Source: Lama glama
Lineage: Eukaryota
NCBI GenBank assembly: GCA_028534125.1
Contig: CM052817.1
Span: 20,214,001-20,278,000, forward strand
Length of the DNA stretch: 64,000 nt
Direction of reading: 5' to 3'
How positions within the stretch are numbered: position 1 is the first letter of the stretch; each line of letters begins with the position of its first letter. Position numbers and translations under genes: made by a program. Shown one piece after another: positions 12,341 through 24,980 of the stretch. A model generated the notes under the pieces. That model was not told the origin of the DNA. It saw nothing but the letters and a program-made list of their open reading frames with translations, and did no database searches.

Positions 12341-13319
12341 TTATAGAAGAGACAATCTCTCCACATCCTCCATTTGGCCTCCTGGATTCTGTCCGGGCCT
12401 TTTTCCAACATCTCATTTGGAAAACATTCTGATAATGCAGAATTCAGATAATTAATTAATTAATCAATCCTGGACTTACTGGATAATATTACAAGAAAGC
12501 AATTATCTTAGCAGTAAGCTGCTGAAATTAGTCATGTAACCATAAATATGAATGCGAGATATAACATATAGATTGAAAAACTAAATGACAAAAATAAGAT
12601 AGCTTGATGGCAAAATATACAACAAACCAAAGCAAATCTCCTGTAGAAGTAAGTATAGGATACCAAAATTCCAGACTACAAATTTACAATGCATAATAGC
12701 AATACAGCATCCTTGTTAAAGAATGCTCCTCTGCTTATACACCCTGCCCTCGTCAGAGCACATGGAAAAGCCTGTGCGGTTCAGAAGGAATCGGATCTGA
12801 AACTGGAAAAGTCACTCCAGCGCCTGCACACTTAACCCAGACCACACAGCCTTCTCAGTGTGAACAATCCAAATCTATAAACTTTGCCGATACAACCTTG
12901 ACCAAATTACCTAAGAACCGGTTTGAGATGTCCTTAAAATTTCTGTTTGTATTCTACCATACTTGTATTTCTTATTTTGATGAAACAATATATGCACTTT
13001 AAGTATATTAAGATTGTTACTTTTATTTTATATTATAATCCCTATTATGCTAGCAGAGTATAATATAAATATGTGACTATGTTATTATTAAATTTGGAGG
13101 TGAGTACATACGTTTTCCTTTTGTAATTGTTCGACAGACCATACATGTACATTTTAACTTCTTTTTCATATGAATACTATGTTTAATAATAAAAGAAAAC
13201 AAAAGAAATACGAACAAGTAAAACAAAGAGCATGTAATTTCCCATAACCCCAGGCTGTAGAGATAATCATCACTGGCACTTTGGAATAAATCTTTGTATG
13301 TGTGTATCAAAAAATGTGC

Positions 13320-13660
13320 AGTATTTAGACTTTATAATCTGCTTTTCTTTTTTTTTCCACTTTGCATGTCACGAACCTGTTCTTATGCCAGTAAACATTT
13401 GCTAACAGCCTTATCTTAATGACTGAAGCGTATTCTACTCTATGAATTTACCATAATATATTCAATAATGGATGTGCCATTTATTCATTCTGCTGGACAT
13501 TCAACTTATTTCAATTTTTATGTCCACTAGAATGCTTTAAGAAGCAATCTTAAATTTAAAGATTTTTGTGCATCCCTACTATTTTCTTAGGATACACTTC
13601 TAGGTATGTAATTGTTGAGTCAAAGTGGATCAATGTTTTCAGGGCTTCTTTTTAACATCT
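13320..13660 (-). mobile_element. Old L1M 3' region fragment
   Basis: 'gtattctactctatgaatttaccataatatattcaa...ggacattcaacttatttcaattttt...ttcttaggatacacttctagg' is a typical reverse-strand L1ME/MD-like 3' end. Confidence 0.6.
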
Positions 13661-13807
13661 GTAATTGCTGGTGTTGTTAGTAAAGTCTGATCACTCCTGC
13701 ATCTCTGTCAGCATTTTAACTCACTCTTACCTAATAGAAGTCCACTTGAACTAGGAGTAAAATAGCAATCCCTAATATGAAACAACTAATATTCATTGAA
13801 TTCTGTA

Positions 13808-14192
13808 GTTGGTTGTGTGTAGCATCTCCAAGAACTTCCTCCAGGACTTCAGGATTTTTTCCCTGGCTGCTGGGAATGTTGCTAGTAACATCTCACGGCG
13901 ATCAGCCTGTTCTGGAAATTGGTGGTGCTGAAGGCTCTCTTTCCTCAATGTCATATCTATGTCCCAGGAAGAGCTAACCCCTGAGGACTAGCTGATGTTG
14001 GAGTATAAAATACCAGTCCTTACTACCGTGATACACTGAGACCCTTTCTGACTAAAAACCCTTCTCCCACTTCTCCCCTATGCGTTCATCCTCATAGTAC
14101 TTACTACCCGTCCTGCACATAGTACTTACTACATGTCCTGCCTGCTAACCCCTGTCTCAGAGCTGGCTTTCTTGTGAATGCGCCTTGAATCA
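13808..14192 (+). mobile_element. ERVL LTR (LTR33-like)
   Basis: 'ccctggctgctgggaatgttgct', TATA-like 'gagtataaaa' and 3' end 'ctaacccctgtctcagagctggctttc' resemble LTR33. It contains a tandem duplication of 'catagtacttactac..gtcctgc' at about 14093-14141. Confidence 0.6.
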
Positions 14193-14194
14193 CG

Positions 14195-14440
14195 GACCTA
14201 CCATGGGCAGGTACAGTGTTGCGTTTCATATCCACTTTCTCATTTAATCTATTCAATAATAGATAGACGGTATGATAGGTGAAATCGGCAGTATGATTAC
14301 AATGTTCACTTTACAGGTGAAATAATCTCCAGCTGTTTGAACAGCTTGTCCTAGGACAAGCCATCCAGCTAGTGAAGCCAGGATTCAACACCAGGTATCT
14401 GACCCCAAAGCCCATGTACTTCACGGTACTTCCTCTGAAC
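14195..14440 (-). mobile_element. MIR SINE
   Basis: 'ctcatttaatc...cactttacaggtgaaa...agctagtgaagccaggattcaacaccaggtatctgaccccaaagccc'. Confidence 0.75.
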
Positions 14441-16074
14441 TCACACTGAACAACACAAATTGATAATCTTAGTACTTCAAGAACAGTGAATAATGTTTGT
14501 GCTCCATTGTCCTCCAGGCTAATTTGGAGTCTTTCCTTGCTTTTACATCTCCTCATTTTGATTTACATTTAACTCTTTAAATACCAATCACTCTCACTAA
14601 ATAGTAAGTTCCCTAAGGGCAGTTAGTAACATCACTCATAATACACAGTGTGCTCTATGAGTAAACTGCATTTGAATAAAAGAGTGAATGTATTTGCCCA
14701 TATTCATTTAGATTTATTTATGCTAAATCAGGTCTGCAATCTGGTCTAGACAGATTTCTATCTGATTTGGCCACCAAAGAACAGGCTGTTAAATAATTCT
14801 TCCTTGATCTCAGCTCAGATAAAAAGTATAATTATCCTACAACTGGAAAAAAAAATAATGGATAATTAACTTTATTGTGTTACTAAGTCTTGTGTAGATT
14901 AATATTCCACCTTTTCCCTAAACTTTCCACTCTCTAATGTCAATGTAGAGTTCTTTATAAAAATTGGTGCATACTGTCTTATCATTTTCCACTTCATATA
15001 CTTTGATCACATGCCTTTTCAGCTTTTGTCTTTTATCTCAAACATACAACAAATAGATTCCAGCTGTCTGGAAATTGCCAGGCACTACACAAACTAATGG
15101 GAAATTCAAAATTGTAAAAATTTTACCATTACTATAAAATATGTTATATTTTCTCTTTAGATTTTCACTTTTTATTCAAATGATTGTAAATCTACCTTTG
15201 CAATAGAATATCATGCCCTATGTGTTGTTTCTGATTTGCCACCAAATTTTATTTTGGCGATACTTAGAATATAATTGCTATATTTTCAACAGTACATTTT
15301 AAAAATATTATTTTATAGAAACATATAATGATAAGTTAGTCTCACTTTGGTAATATTACTAATTTACTCATAAGACTTTAAAATAACATTAACATTTTTC
15401 TGAATGAGTAACTGCTACTCAAAATTTGTAATGACTGCTCAATTGAGGGTGTTTATATATGAAAAAATTATTATTTGACTATCAAGTACAATTTGATTAT
15501 AAATAAGATTTCATTTATAAGAGCATTTGAATGTGAGTTTGAGGTAACAGGATTTGAAGCAGGAACAAACTAAGAAGAGACAAAGAATCCAATGCAAATC
15601 AGTAATCCAGCAATGGAGTAGGTCATTAGAATTGACCTTGATGGTGAACACTCTTCCAGTTGCATGGCTGGAAACAGTGCTGCCATTTCCACAAGGATTT
15701 GGTTGCTCAACTTTTCTCTTGATGCCTGATCTCATGACAGAGATTCCACTTTTCCTTATATCCACGTCTATTTTTCTAATAAATGCCCTGTTAGTTTTGG
15801 TAATTTTAGCACTCTATGTTCCCTGCAATCAAAACAGCCCTACAGAAGAATGCATGTCATAGCAAGTGTATTATTAACAGCTATCACTTTAGAATGTGAT
15901 CTTTTATTGCAACAGTAGATTTTGCATATAAATTATGCTGCAATAGTGGCAATGGTTGCATGCATATTTTCCACCAAAGGATAAATCTATGTATATGTAA
16001 AGTTGGATTCTAATTGGAATCACACTAATTTAACAGCTATAGAGTTATTAGCAATCACGGCTGATGAAGAGCAG

Positions 16075-16169
16075 TGTATCAGCTTCTTGAGGCTGCTGTA
16101 ACAAATTACTACAACCTGAGTGTCTTAAAGTAACATTAATGTATTCTTCCACAGTTTTGGAGGCCAGAA
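16075..16169 (-). mobile_element. MaLR MLT1 LTR 3' end, cut by an assembly gap
   Basis: 'tgtatcagcttcttgaggctgctgtaacaaattactacaacctgagtgtcttaaa...cacagttttggaggccagaa' is the reverse MLT1 terminus. Confidence 0.8.
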
Positions 16170-16669
16170 NNNNNNNNNNNNNNNNNNNNNNNNNNNNNNN
16201 NNNNNNNNNNNNNNNNNNNNNNNNNNNNNNNNNNNNNNNNNNNNNNNNNNNNNNNNNNNNNNNNNNNNNNNNNNNNNNNNNNNNNNNNNNNNNNNNNNNN
16301 NNNNNNNNNNNNNNNNNNNNNNNNNNNNNNNNNNNNNNNNNNNNNNNNNNNNNNNNNNNNNNNNNNNNNNNNNNNNNNNNNNNNNNNNNNNNNNNNNNNN
16401 NNNNNNNNNNNNNNNNNNNNNNNNNNNNNNNNNNNNNNNNNNNNNNNNNNNNNNNNNNNNNNNNNNNNNNNNNNNNNNNNNNNNNNNNNNNNNNNNNNNN
16501 NNNNNNNNNNNNNNNNNNNNNNNNNNNNNNNNNNNNNNNNNNNNNNNNNNNNNNNNNNNNNNNNNNNNNNNNNNNNNNNNNNNNNNNNNNNNNNNNNNNN
16601 NNNNNNNNNNNNNNNNNNNNNNNNNNNNNNNNNNNNNNNNNNNNNNNNNNNNNNNNNNNNNNNNNNNNN
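16170..16669. other. Assembly gap (500 N)
   Basis: Run of N. Confidence 1.
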
Positions 16670-17859
16670 AGCTTCAGTCTTCTATTAAAGTTTTATGTAG
16701 TATCTATGAAGTCAACAAAAATGAAAAATTTGGATATATATTTAGTGTAATAATGACTATGTAAGCACTTTGCCCATGTTGGCTGCATAGTGAAATGAGA
16801 TAGCCTATTGATTATATTATTAGAAGATATTCATATTCAGATTTTATGATCAAAATTTTACAGTTTGAATACTCTACATATGTTCATATATACTACACAC
16901 ATTTCATTGTGTTAGTTGATTTCCTTCTTATGATAAATTTCATTCATGACATGTATGTAAATTTGACCATTTTTATTAATTTCTTGAACTATTCTTATTA
17001 GAATAATATATAGCTGTCCTTTGTAATTGTATACTTATCATTTGAATAGAGAGACTATCAAAGGTTAAGAATGGATGAGACATTGTTAATACCTATTTGT
17101 ATATCCAAATATAAGCCAAATTGATATTTTCATGTAAATATGAATGTATTCTCATAAACTTGAAAATATCCTACACTTTATCTGTAGAATCAGCTTTAAA
17201 AAAATATTTTTCTAACTCTAATTCTCTTGAGCCATACAAATGGTCCTAAGTTCTCTGAATGTTCTGTTCTGCTTGATTTGATTTTGTTTTTGTGGAGGCT
17301 AAACTCATATAATTCCATCTGAATTCAGAGTTACTACTTGAAAATTAAATTGCAGATTCCAGATAATATTTATCCCAGATCTACGTTTCCTCTGCTTTGG
17401 GAGCAGTGATGATTTTATTCATTTCTGGTAAGGCAGTACAATCTTCGTTAAAGATGCTTTTGACTTATTTTTAATTTCAAGCCATGTAGTCACAAAACAC
17501 TACCTCTAGTCACTTCATACCATCCTCATCACCCTAGAGATCTTCTCAAACACAATCCAATAAAAAATAAACTCCACTATCTATAAAATGGCAAAAATAT
17601 TTTATACTAAATATAACATTCTAAAATTAGACCAGTAATTTGTCTTAGAATCCACTTGTGGCCAAATGAAGCATTTAACCATGTTCTTGGGTCCTATTTT
17701 CTTCTGAAGACAGACTTCTAGCTCTAGAATAATAACATATACATTTTCAATAGTATAGAGAAGAGTGAGGAGTATTCTGAAACCATCTCAGCCTCTCAGA
17801 GGGCATTTCGTCATAACTCTCTTCATTTCCCACATGCACAAAAACGCAAATAAATAGCA

Positions 17860-18640
17860 CCAAGATCTTTTCTCAAGGCAGGCAAGGAATACAACTCAGC
17901 AGTAAGGAGCCAACTCTGCTGTCCTTCCAGACATTCTCCCCCACTCACCTTTCCATTCCTGAACCATCACAGCAATGAGGGCTTTCCCTTGCACCAGGAT
18001 GTTTTCCCACGTAGCCTCCCATGAAACGTTTACCACCTGAGCAGCATCTTCTGTCAGGGTCTATTTGTGCCCCACCTACCACACAGGATGAAGCCCATTT
18101 CAGCTGCCGGGGGTGATGAGCCAGTTCCATCTTACCACGTGTTTTCTCAGATCATTCCCAGTGCATCAGACTGCGATGCAAGTCTCTCACCTGTGGAAGG
18201 AGAGAGGTAAGGAAGAATGATTAGATAAGGAAAGTATTAGACTGCAGCAAGTTCCAAGAAAGGTGAGACCAGTCCAATGTGCTGTCCTTGGATGAAAGGT
18301 GCCTGTTGGAGGAATTCCACATCTCACATGAATAGGCTTTCCTTCTTTTTTTGAGGAGGGAAGTAATTAGGTTTATTTATTTATTTATTTATTTATTAAT
18401 AGCAGTACTGAGGAGTGAACCCTGGACCTTGTGCATGCTAAGCATGCACCCTCCTACTGAGCTATGCCCTTCTCCCTTGAATAGACTTTCTTTATTACCC
18501 TGACATGCTCAGTTACTGGCTACGAGAACCCCACAGCAAGCATGGCCCTAGTGTAAACACAGTAGTGAATGCAAAGGGTACTTGAAGCTGCCAACACATT
18601 CCTGCAAGAGCAAATCTGTGAAATGCATTTTCACAGCCTC
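17860..18640 (-). mobile_element. Truncated ERVL provirus: LTR16-type LTR (about 18165-18640) plus start of internal region (ERV3-16A3-int-like, about 17860-18165), interrupted by a SINE
   Basis: The minus strand reads 'gtggtaagatggaactggctcatcacccccggcag...catcctgtgtggtaggtggggcac...ggaaggacagcagagttggct', similar to the recalled ERV3-16A3 5' internal region. The LTR part has 'gactgcagcaagttccaagaaag...ggaggaattccacatctcac...ctcagttactggct'. Confidence 0.65.
18341..18477 (-). mobile_element. Camelid tRNA-Ala-derived SINE (Vic-1 type)
   Basis: The minus strand 'gggcatagctcagtaggagggtgcatgcttagcatgcacaaggtccagggttcactcctcagtac' follows tRNA-Ala(AGC), then an (AAAT)n/'aacctaattac' tail. TSD TGAATAG(G/A)CTTT at 18329-18340 and 18478-18489. 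Confidence 0.9.
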
Positions 18641-18644
18641 CGCA

Positions 18645-19570
18645 CTACTCTAACTGCAGTCTGTCCCAGTCACTCCACAAAAGCAACACTGGAGGTCACC
18701 TATAACTTCCATGTTCTTATAACCAATGGTTATTTTTCAGTCCTTCTCTTACTTTGCCATTCAGCCATGCATGGACTAGTCCCAACTATTAGAGTCAGTT
18801 AGTTCCTTGAAAAGCTCTGTCTTTGACTTCATTGACACCACCCTTTTCTGAAGGCCCACCTTCCTCTCTGGTTGCTCAGCACATGTCTCATTTGCATGCT
18901 TATTTATCCTCTTCTGCTAAGCTACTAGATATTTTCAGTTTCCCAAACACAGGTCGATATGCTTTTTCTCATCACACTGTGTACTCCTTCCATGGTTTAC
19001 CTCATTTATATTAAAGCCCTCAGTTTCTACTTAAATGCAGGTGACTCTCAAGTTTATATATACCCAGCTTAGATATATCCCCTGAACTTTAGACTCAGAT
19101 ATCCAATTAGTTTTTGACATGTCACTGATGTTAAAACACATACCGAAGCCAATAAATAAAAACTAAATTCATGGACTTCAGCCCCTTCAAAACTAGTAAG
19201 TTACTTCTTCCACAATAACCTGTTACAACAAATGGCATCACCATCCTTCCAGTAGCATAAGCAATAAAACTCCAAGTTATCCTTGTCACATCCTTCTTTC
19301 TCACACCCTCATATCCATCTCTCACTCAGTGCTGTGTTATTTACCACATACGTGCCCTTAGAATCTGTCTACAGTCTTCTTCTCTTCACCTGGGTAATGT
19401 CGTTTAATTCCTCAGACCTCAGTACAAACATGATTAGCTCACAGAAGCCTTCTCTAATGTCCTAAACTAAATGAAAACTCACTAGTGAATCTTCAAAATA
19501 CTCCTTACATATTCAATTAGACTGACTTTTATAATTAGTTGACTAACGTCTATCTTTCCCATTCTAAGCA
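18645..19570 (+). mobile_element. L2 LINE (internal to 3' fragment)
   Basis: 'ggaggtcacctataacttccatgtt...ttttcagtccttctcttact', 'tgactctcaagtttatata...cctgaactttagactcagatatccaa' and 'aaatggcatcaccatccttccagtagc' are L2 hallmarks. Confidence 0.75.
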
Positions 19571-20738
19571 AATATCCATAAGCTCAGATAACCTGTCAGG
19601 ATTTTCCTCATGTACCTAACATTTATCTTTAAGATATAACTGTTGAGATTTATAATGCTAAACCTGATCCTAAAGAAGCAAAATGTATTTATTAATATTC
19701 AATATTAAAAATCACCAAACTATATAAACAAACATATAAATATGACTGAAAAGTAAAATAATCTGTTTACCTTTAGTACATATTATGAAAACTTCAAAAC
19801 TTTACATTTTCACTATGTTGGATGTTTCCTTTTGTATAATATGAAAATTGCACTGAATACAATAACTAAACCATATGGATAAGACAAATGAGAACTTTTG
19901 TAAACTTTAATATACAGACATCAGCAATATTAAGTTGGTTAGCTATTTTGTGTGGGGTGGGGACGGGAGATAGTCCATTTACACTGTAACCAGAATCAAA
20001 TAGTTTTCTTTATTGTATTTAGGTGGTCCAATAAATACTTTGCTCTTGAGCGTAATACTAAATTATAGCTTAAGAAGGTCTGGGGCAATAGCTAGCTTCT
20101 CAGAAGCTTATTACAAGTTAACTAGAATAAGAGTCTTCAGAGCTACATCTAATCCCACAGCCTACAGTTTTGTCACAGGATGCTAAGCTGGAGCTGCTCT
20201 GAGATAAAACACTCTTTCTTAGAGGTCCTTCTCCACCTTGTTGTAACACATAACGCTTATTTCCTCTGTCACTTCATTCTCTATATGTCTCCTACTAGTT
20301 GTGTAGGAGGAGAAGATTGTCTGGGCTGGTATTTGGGGTGGAAATAGCTTCATGAGTTATTTGAGCCTGTGAAAGAAGCAAGGTTTCCTAAGAAAAGATA
20401 AATCAAACTTCACACGTATAGAAGCAATAATCTAAAGTGATGAAATAAGGACTGTTTTCCCCAAATATCTCCCCTTTCTTTTGAATGAGAGCAGCATATC
20501 ATTTTGCCATATTATTTTTCCCATTGAAATAGGAAATGCGTCAGTAATAGCAAGTACAGTTCAACTGGATTTCCCACACTGCACCTGGAAATATGGTAGA
20601 TCAGTTCTCACGAAAGGTGGGGGAATTGACAATACATATTTACAGCATTATTTAGTTTGTGAAGCCTCTAAACTCCCAAGATGGAAATTTTGTAACTATA
20701 ACATACCAATGTAACAAATTGAAGAGTATTACATTCAG

Positions 20739-20871
20739 GTGGTTTTTAGGCAGGGAGGAGGTGTGAAGTAATTATATTTATTTACTTATTTTTAATGGTG
20801 GTACTGGGGATTGAACCCAGGACCCTGTGGATGCTAGGCATACACTCTACCACTGAGCTATGCCCTCCCTC
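20739..20871 (-). mobile_element. Camelid tRNA-Ala-derived SINE (Vic-1 type)
   Basis: The minus strand 'gggagggcatagctcagtggtagagtgtatgcctagcatccacagggtcctgggttcaatccccagtacc' has intact A and B boxes. A 19-bp TSD TGAA(G/A)AGTATTACATTCAG lies at 20720-20738 and 20872-20890. Confidence 0.92.
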
Positions 20872-21480
20872 TGAAAAGTATTACATTCAGTCTAAAGAGG
20901 TATTTGGCAATATTTTGACAATAACAGGTTGCCTGAATTCAACTTTATTTTACTGATCTAAGTATGACAGGTTTTGTGTGTTCGGATGGACTGCCAATAT
21001 ATAATTATGGAAGATTTTGTGTCAACCAGAAACTTACTGATATGTGATTCTATTTTATATTATGAATTGAAAATCACTTCTGCACAAGATCTTTTAGAGA
21101 TAACTATAGCTTACCCTTCCTAAAGGGAACTACTTTCTTCATGGTCAGAAATGATCTCTCAGTAAATGACTTAAATGATTGTATTCAGTCTTTACTAACC
21201 TGACTATCCTGCAGTATAAAATGCAGTTGACCTCTCCCTTCTAACTGAAAAACAACCAAGAGACTTTGGTTTCTATGAACTGGCAGTCCCTTGATTTTCC
21301 TTTGGCACTACTTGGCCTCCATTGAAACTTGTTTTTCCCTGCCTGGTCCTTTTACGCAGGTTTCTCTCAGGATTCTGTGATCTGTGCTCTGTTCCATTAT
21401 CACCTTTTGTGTTCTGCTTGAGCAATAAAATTTATTGTGATCTTTCTAAGTACCTCTATATATTTATGACTTGAAAAGCC

Positions 21481-21993
21481 TGGATTAATCAGGATTCTCT
21501 AGAAAAACAGAATCAACAGAATTTATATAGATACGTAGAAAAATACATATATTATGAGGGATTGGCTCACACAATTATGAAAGCAAAGAAATTCCACAAT
21601 CTGCTTCCTGTAAGCTAGAGGCCCAGGAAAAGCTGTGGTGTAGTTCCAGTCTAAACCAGAAAACCTGAGGATCAAGGGAGCCAGTGATGTAAGTCCTAGT
21701 TCAAGTCTGAAGGCCTGAGAACAAGGAGTGCTGATGTACTGAGGCAAGACAAGATGCAGGACCCAGCCCAAGCAATGAACAAATTAGCCCTTTCATCACC
21801 TTTTGGTTCTATTCAAGCCCTCAGTGGATTAGATGATTCCCATGCACATTGGTGAGGGAAATCTTTACTTAATCTGTCAATTCATATGCTAATCTTTCCT
21901 AGAAACACACACACACACATACACACAGAAATATGTCTTACCAGCTATTATACCTTAGTCTTGTCAAGTTGACACATAAAATTAACTATCGCA
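21481..21993 (-). mobile_element. ERVL MLT2 solo LTR
   Basis: Canonical reverse MLT2 ends 'ttaatcaggattctctagaaaaacagaatcaacag...' and '...gtcaagttgacacataaaattaactatcgca'. Confidence 0.88.
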
Positions 21994-22149
21994 AGCTATA
22001 GTACTACCTTAGTAATCATTTCAGAGCCTTTAAATTTTTACATCTATATATTCCACTGCAGATGATACCAGTTGTGCTTCAAGTTGACATAGGCAACATA
22101 GGCCCAATTTGAAAATATAATATTTTCAAAATATACTTTACATCCTAAA

Positions 22150-22595
22150 ACATTTATTTTTATTGAGATAGAATATATCTACAATAAAGTATACAAAAGT
22201 TACGTAAAAAGCTTGCTAAATTTTTGCTATGTACTTGATATAAATGCCTCAAAGATGAATATACAACAGATTTCCAAATTCCTAAATGTGGATTTACGAT
22301 CCTAAAGATTCCTAAAGGATCCTCCCTGTTCCTTCCCAGCCAGTACTCCTCAAGGAAGCCATTAGTTAGACTTCTGTCTACATATACAAGTTTTGTTTAA
22401 TATTTTTAAACATGATATAGAAAGAACCCTATAATATATGTTCTTTTGAGCTTGGTTTCTTTTGTTCATTATTGGACCAGAGATGCACCTGTATTGTTTT
22501 GTGTAGCAGCACTTCATTCTTTTGTATTGCTAGATTCATTGTACAAATAGAACAGATTTTATATATCCATTCTCCCATTGGTGGTCATTTGGTTT
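22150..22595 (-). mobile_element. Old L1M 3' fragment
   Basis: 'gtgtagcagcacttcattcttttgtattgctagattcattgtac...tatccattctcccattggtggtcatttgg'. Confidence 0.65.
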
Positions 22596-22596
22596 A

Positions 22597-22870
22597 TATA
22601 TGAGTTATCAGTTGCTGCGTAACAAATTTTCCTAAAACATAGCCACTTAAAACAACATTTGTTATCTCACAGTGTCAGTGGGACAGGAATCCAGGAGTGG
22701 TTTAGATGCAGTTTGGCTCAGGTATCTCATGAGCTTGCCATCAAGCTGTTAACCAGGACTTCAGTCATCTCAAGATTCACTGGGAACAAAGGACCCACAT
22801 TCAAGCTCACTCATGCGGTAAATGGCCGACCTTGTTTTGTCACTGGCTGTTGGCTGGAGACTCCAGTTTT
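22597..22870 (-). mobile_element. MaLR MLT1 (F/G-like) LTR fragment
   Basis: 'ttgctgcgtaacaaattttcctaaaacatagccacttaaaacaac...tctcacagt...caggaatccaggagtgg...tctcatgagcttgc'. Confidence 0.8.
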
Positions 22871-24819
22871 ATATATTTCTTTCATCATGTCATACATAGA
22901 TGTCTATAATTTTATCCGTTATTCCTTACTAGGTGCTATACAAATATCTTTACATTCTTTTTTCTTATCAGAAAGTTTTTAAGAAATGGATCTGCTCCCT
23001 GCTTGATTCTTCTATAGCCTCCTCTCTAATTTCTATCTTTCATGCTCAGTTACTCCAGTTACCTGAAGTTGTGAAGGCCCAGCCTATAATTTTCCTTGAT
23101 ATCATTTATTGCTTTTAGTGTTGTATTCTGTGTATAACAGATGCTCAGTATATTAATTTTGAAAAAAATAATAAATGGCCCTAAGACTTTGATATTTTCA
23201 ACTCCTCTGTGATAATGACCATGAAATATGAACATCCCCCTCGTATATGCACCTCGTAATCAAGTAAATATGTGATTTGCTGTGACTAACAGCTTACCAG
23301 TTCTGATTTTCTGCCTTCCAATGACCAGGATCCCAAGACAGACCAAGTTAATCTAGTGCTTTAGTATAATGTCTAGTGTTTTAATACAGTTTTCAAGAAG
23401 TGTAAGTTAAATAAAGCTTGTAACTTTAGTGAATTTAATTACAAAGATGCATGGTTATTAACCTATTCAAAATGGTAAAACTCCAATAATTATTAAGTTG
23501 ATGCTAATAAGTCAATTCAAACTCATTGTTTACTTTGATAGCATTTCAGACATTTTAAACTTCCTAAAACTTTCTGTATGCTCACTTTTCTTTTATACCA
23601 CTAAGATCAGACTTGCCCATCTTAAAATATCATTTTCTGAAGAGAAATTTTAAAATTGAGAAAATTCAGTGTGCTATTTCAGTAACGTAACTGTGGCAAT
23701 AGAAAAACAAGTGACAATGAGATTATAGAGATTACCTGGCATAAAATATACTATTTGTATCCAATGTGTATCAAGCAAACAAACAAAAGTTTATATAGTA
23801 GGATTTTCTATATAAACAAAGTTTTAAGATATATTTTTTCGTATAATTGTCACACAGAAAGGAAAAAAAATACATAAGCAGAAATTATATTCCTAAATGT
23901 GAATCCTACGGCCAAGTAAATTAAGTAAAACATCAATGATTATTATTGGATTAATACAGAAATGGTGACGTTATTTCTACTGGGATAAAGAAAGATTTTC
24001 ATTGTTCTTTGCATATAGATAATATTTTACAAATCCCTTTTCTATTGTGTTTTTTAAAGAAGTTGATATTGTCAGTATACTTATAAATAAAGAATGTGTT
24101 ATCCAAACAACCACAGTATTTCTACATATTTTAATATTAATTATGGTATAATTCCTACATAAAGATTTTCTTCTTACTCTCTAAGGGAACTCTTCTACTA
24201 CTGTCATGTTAAAACTAGGTCCAAGTTTGTTAATTTAAATTTGAAGAGGTTTTAAAAATTCAACAGTATTGAGTAGTGTGTGGCCTGAACACTAGGTTGA
24301 TGCATCAGACATTGTTTACCTGATATAGAGATTAATACTTATTCATTTTTAGAAATATAAATAATAGATATTTTAAAATAAATAAACAAATAATGTCACC
24401 TAAGACCAGGTGCTATAGAACATTATCAAACACCATTAGTAAGAGCCAACATTACTAACTGCAAACTATTATTTTTTTAATTCATAAACTTTGTATATTG
24501 TATGACTCTCCTTTTAATCCACATATTCATAGAACTCTGCGTCATCTCACAATCAACTGCTTTTACTGAAAGCTTTTTTCTTGCAGAATTTTTGCTGTCC
24601 TAGAGAAAATGTACTTCAACTACTCTAATCTCTTTACCTTCTTTATTTTATTTCCATATGGGGAGAATCAGAAATTTCAGTGAGAGAATCTTAGTGTATC
24701 ATTCTGTGATGGCAAGACTAATTCCTTTCCCACATCAGATGAAACGATTTTTTTGAACAAAGTAGCTGGGTTACTAGCTCTGTGAAACTTCATTATCAAA
24801 TCAGATGTGGAAGAGACAT

Positions 24820-24980
24820 TCAACAATATATAGACTGATATTTATTGTACATATAAGAAAACTGAGACCCAGAGATTTTAAATGATTCACTTTAAATCAC
24901 AAGGTCAACCAGTGATAAAGCTGTGACTGGAATCCAAGACGAAACACTTCTTTTTAAGAATTCTCCCAGTACTTTTCCAT
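24820..24980 (-). mobile_element. MIR fragment
   Basis: 'ataagaaaactgagacccagagattttaaatgattcac...gtgataaagctgtgactggaatccaag'. Confidence 0.65.

Noticed and set aside
15590..15860. Possible old LTR with AATAAA and an MLT-like 3' end, overlapping a 102-aa ORF
   Set aside because: Too degenerate to assign to a family, and the ORF has no recognisable homology.
16139..16750. Long ORFs of 170-250 aa here and at 36249-37012 and 59298-59874
   Set aside because: They are almost entirely X, read through 500-N assembly gaps.
20795..20871. tRNA-Ala-like sequences (also 18400-18477) as tRNA genes
   Set aside because: They have mismatched stems, A-rich SINE tails and TSDs, so they are SINE heads.
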